A program made the position numbers and the translations under genes. DNA of 64,000 nucleotides from an uncultured Collinsella sp. (GTDB taxonomy: Bacteria; Actinomycetota; Coriobacteriia; Coriobacteriales; Coriobacteriaceae), in NCBI GenBank assembly GCA_900547025.1, contig UREZ01000001.1, positions 15,287-79,286 on the forward strand, given 5' to 3'. Position 1 is the stretch's first letter. Each line of letters opens with the position of its first letter. Positions 63,497 to 64,000 of the stretch are shown piece after piece. A model generated the notes under the pieces. The model was not told the DNA's origin, ran no database searches, and saw nothing but the letters and a program-made list of their open reading frames with translations.

Positions 63497-64000
63497 GTGA
63501 AGTCCCTCACCTCTTTTGCAAAGCGCTCAGCCCAGCTTGCCGCCGGCTTTGTCTGCGCTATCGCTCTTGCCGCTGGCGCGCCCACCGTCGCCGGCGCCCA
63601 AGTGCTCACGACCGACAATGTTTGCGGCAAAACCGCCGATGCGCGCGGCATCACGGCCGAAAACCTGCCCGATATCGATGCGACCAATGCCCTCGTCATG
63701 GGCAAAGACGGCACCGTCTACTATGGGCGCGGCGCCGATGAGCAGGTCAAAATCGCCTCGATCACCAAGGTCATGACCGCAATCCTAACCGTCGAGAATT
63801 GCAAGATGGACGAGAAGGTCACGGTGAGCAACGCCGCAGCCACCGTGGGCAATTCGACCGCCGGCTTGCTCGAAGGCGACAAGCTTACCGTGGAGCAGGC
63901 GCTGCGCGGCCTGATGATTCCCTCGGGCAACGACGCCGCCATCGTGCTCGCCGAATATGTGGGCAAGAAGATCGACCCTAAGACCAAAGACGCCGAGGCC
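63497..64000 (+). CDS. D-alanyl-D-alanine carboxypeptidase (peptidase S11), partial, runs off window end; not in ORF track
   Basis: GTG start; signal-like N-terminus; IASITKVMT (SxxK) and LMIPSGNDAA (SxN) in an open frame to 64000. Confidence 0.88.
   Translation, partial: MKSLTSFAKRSAQLAAGFVCAIALAAGAPTVAGAQVLTTDNVCGKTADARGITAENLPDIDATNALVMGKDGTVYYGRGADEQVKIASITKVMTAILTVENCKMDEKVTVSNAAATVGNSTAGLLEGDKLTVEQALRGLMIPSGNDAAIVLAEYVGKKIDPKTKDAEA

Overview
High-GC actinobacterial chromosome segment. Gene content, RBS style and intergenic repeats suggest Coriobacteriia (Collinsella-like); this is inference. Genes in order: htrA-like protease; GlnR-like regulator plus glutamine-synthetase homologue; RelB-MNT/HEPN toxin-antitoxin pair; LacI and GntR regulators; AAA+ ATPase; FadR remnant; OYE-family Fe-S flavoenzyme; kdpFABC/kdpDE; feoAAB; HPr-like protein; ebgA-ebgC-permease with LacI; aspS; serB; partial lactate-racemase (lar) cluster; ppc; hisS; MFS, M20 amidohydrolase and EamA; two YhgE/Pip proteins; htpG; GNAT; orphan cpsCDB-like trio; pstB-phoPR; VanRS-like pair; truncated D,D-carboxypeptidase. 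I saw no rRNA, tRNA, CRISPR array, integrase or transposase. Main observations: (1) the GS homologue has lost three metal ligands, lies directly upstream of an atypical GlnR and has a GlnR box, suggesting a pseudo-enzyme nitrogen sensor; (2) an exactly 62-bp-periodic array of covarying hairpins; (3) an AAA+/wHTH ATPase bracketed by 10-bp tandem repeats and a palindrome array; (4) several families of structurally conserved but sequence-variable palindromic elements. All alignments were done by eye against remembered reference motifs and need computational confirmation.
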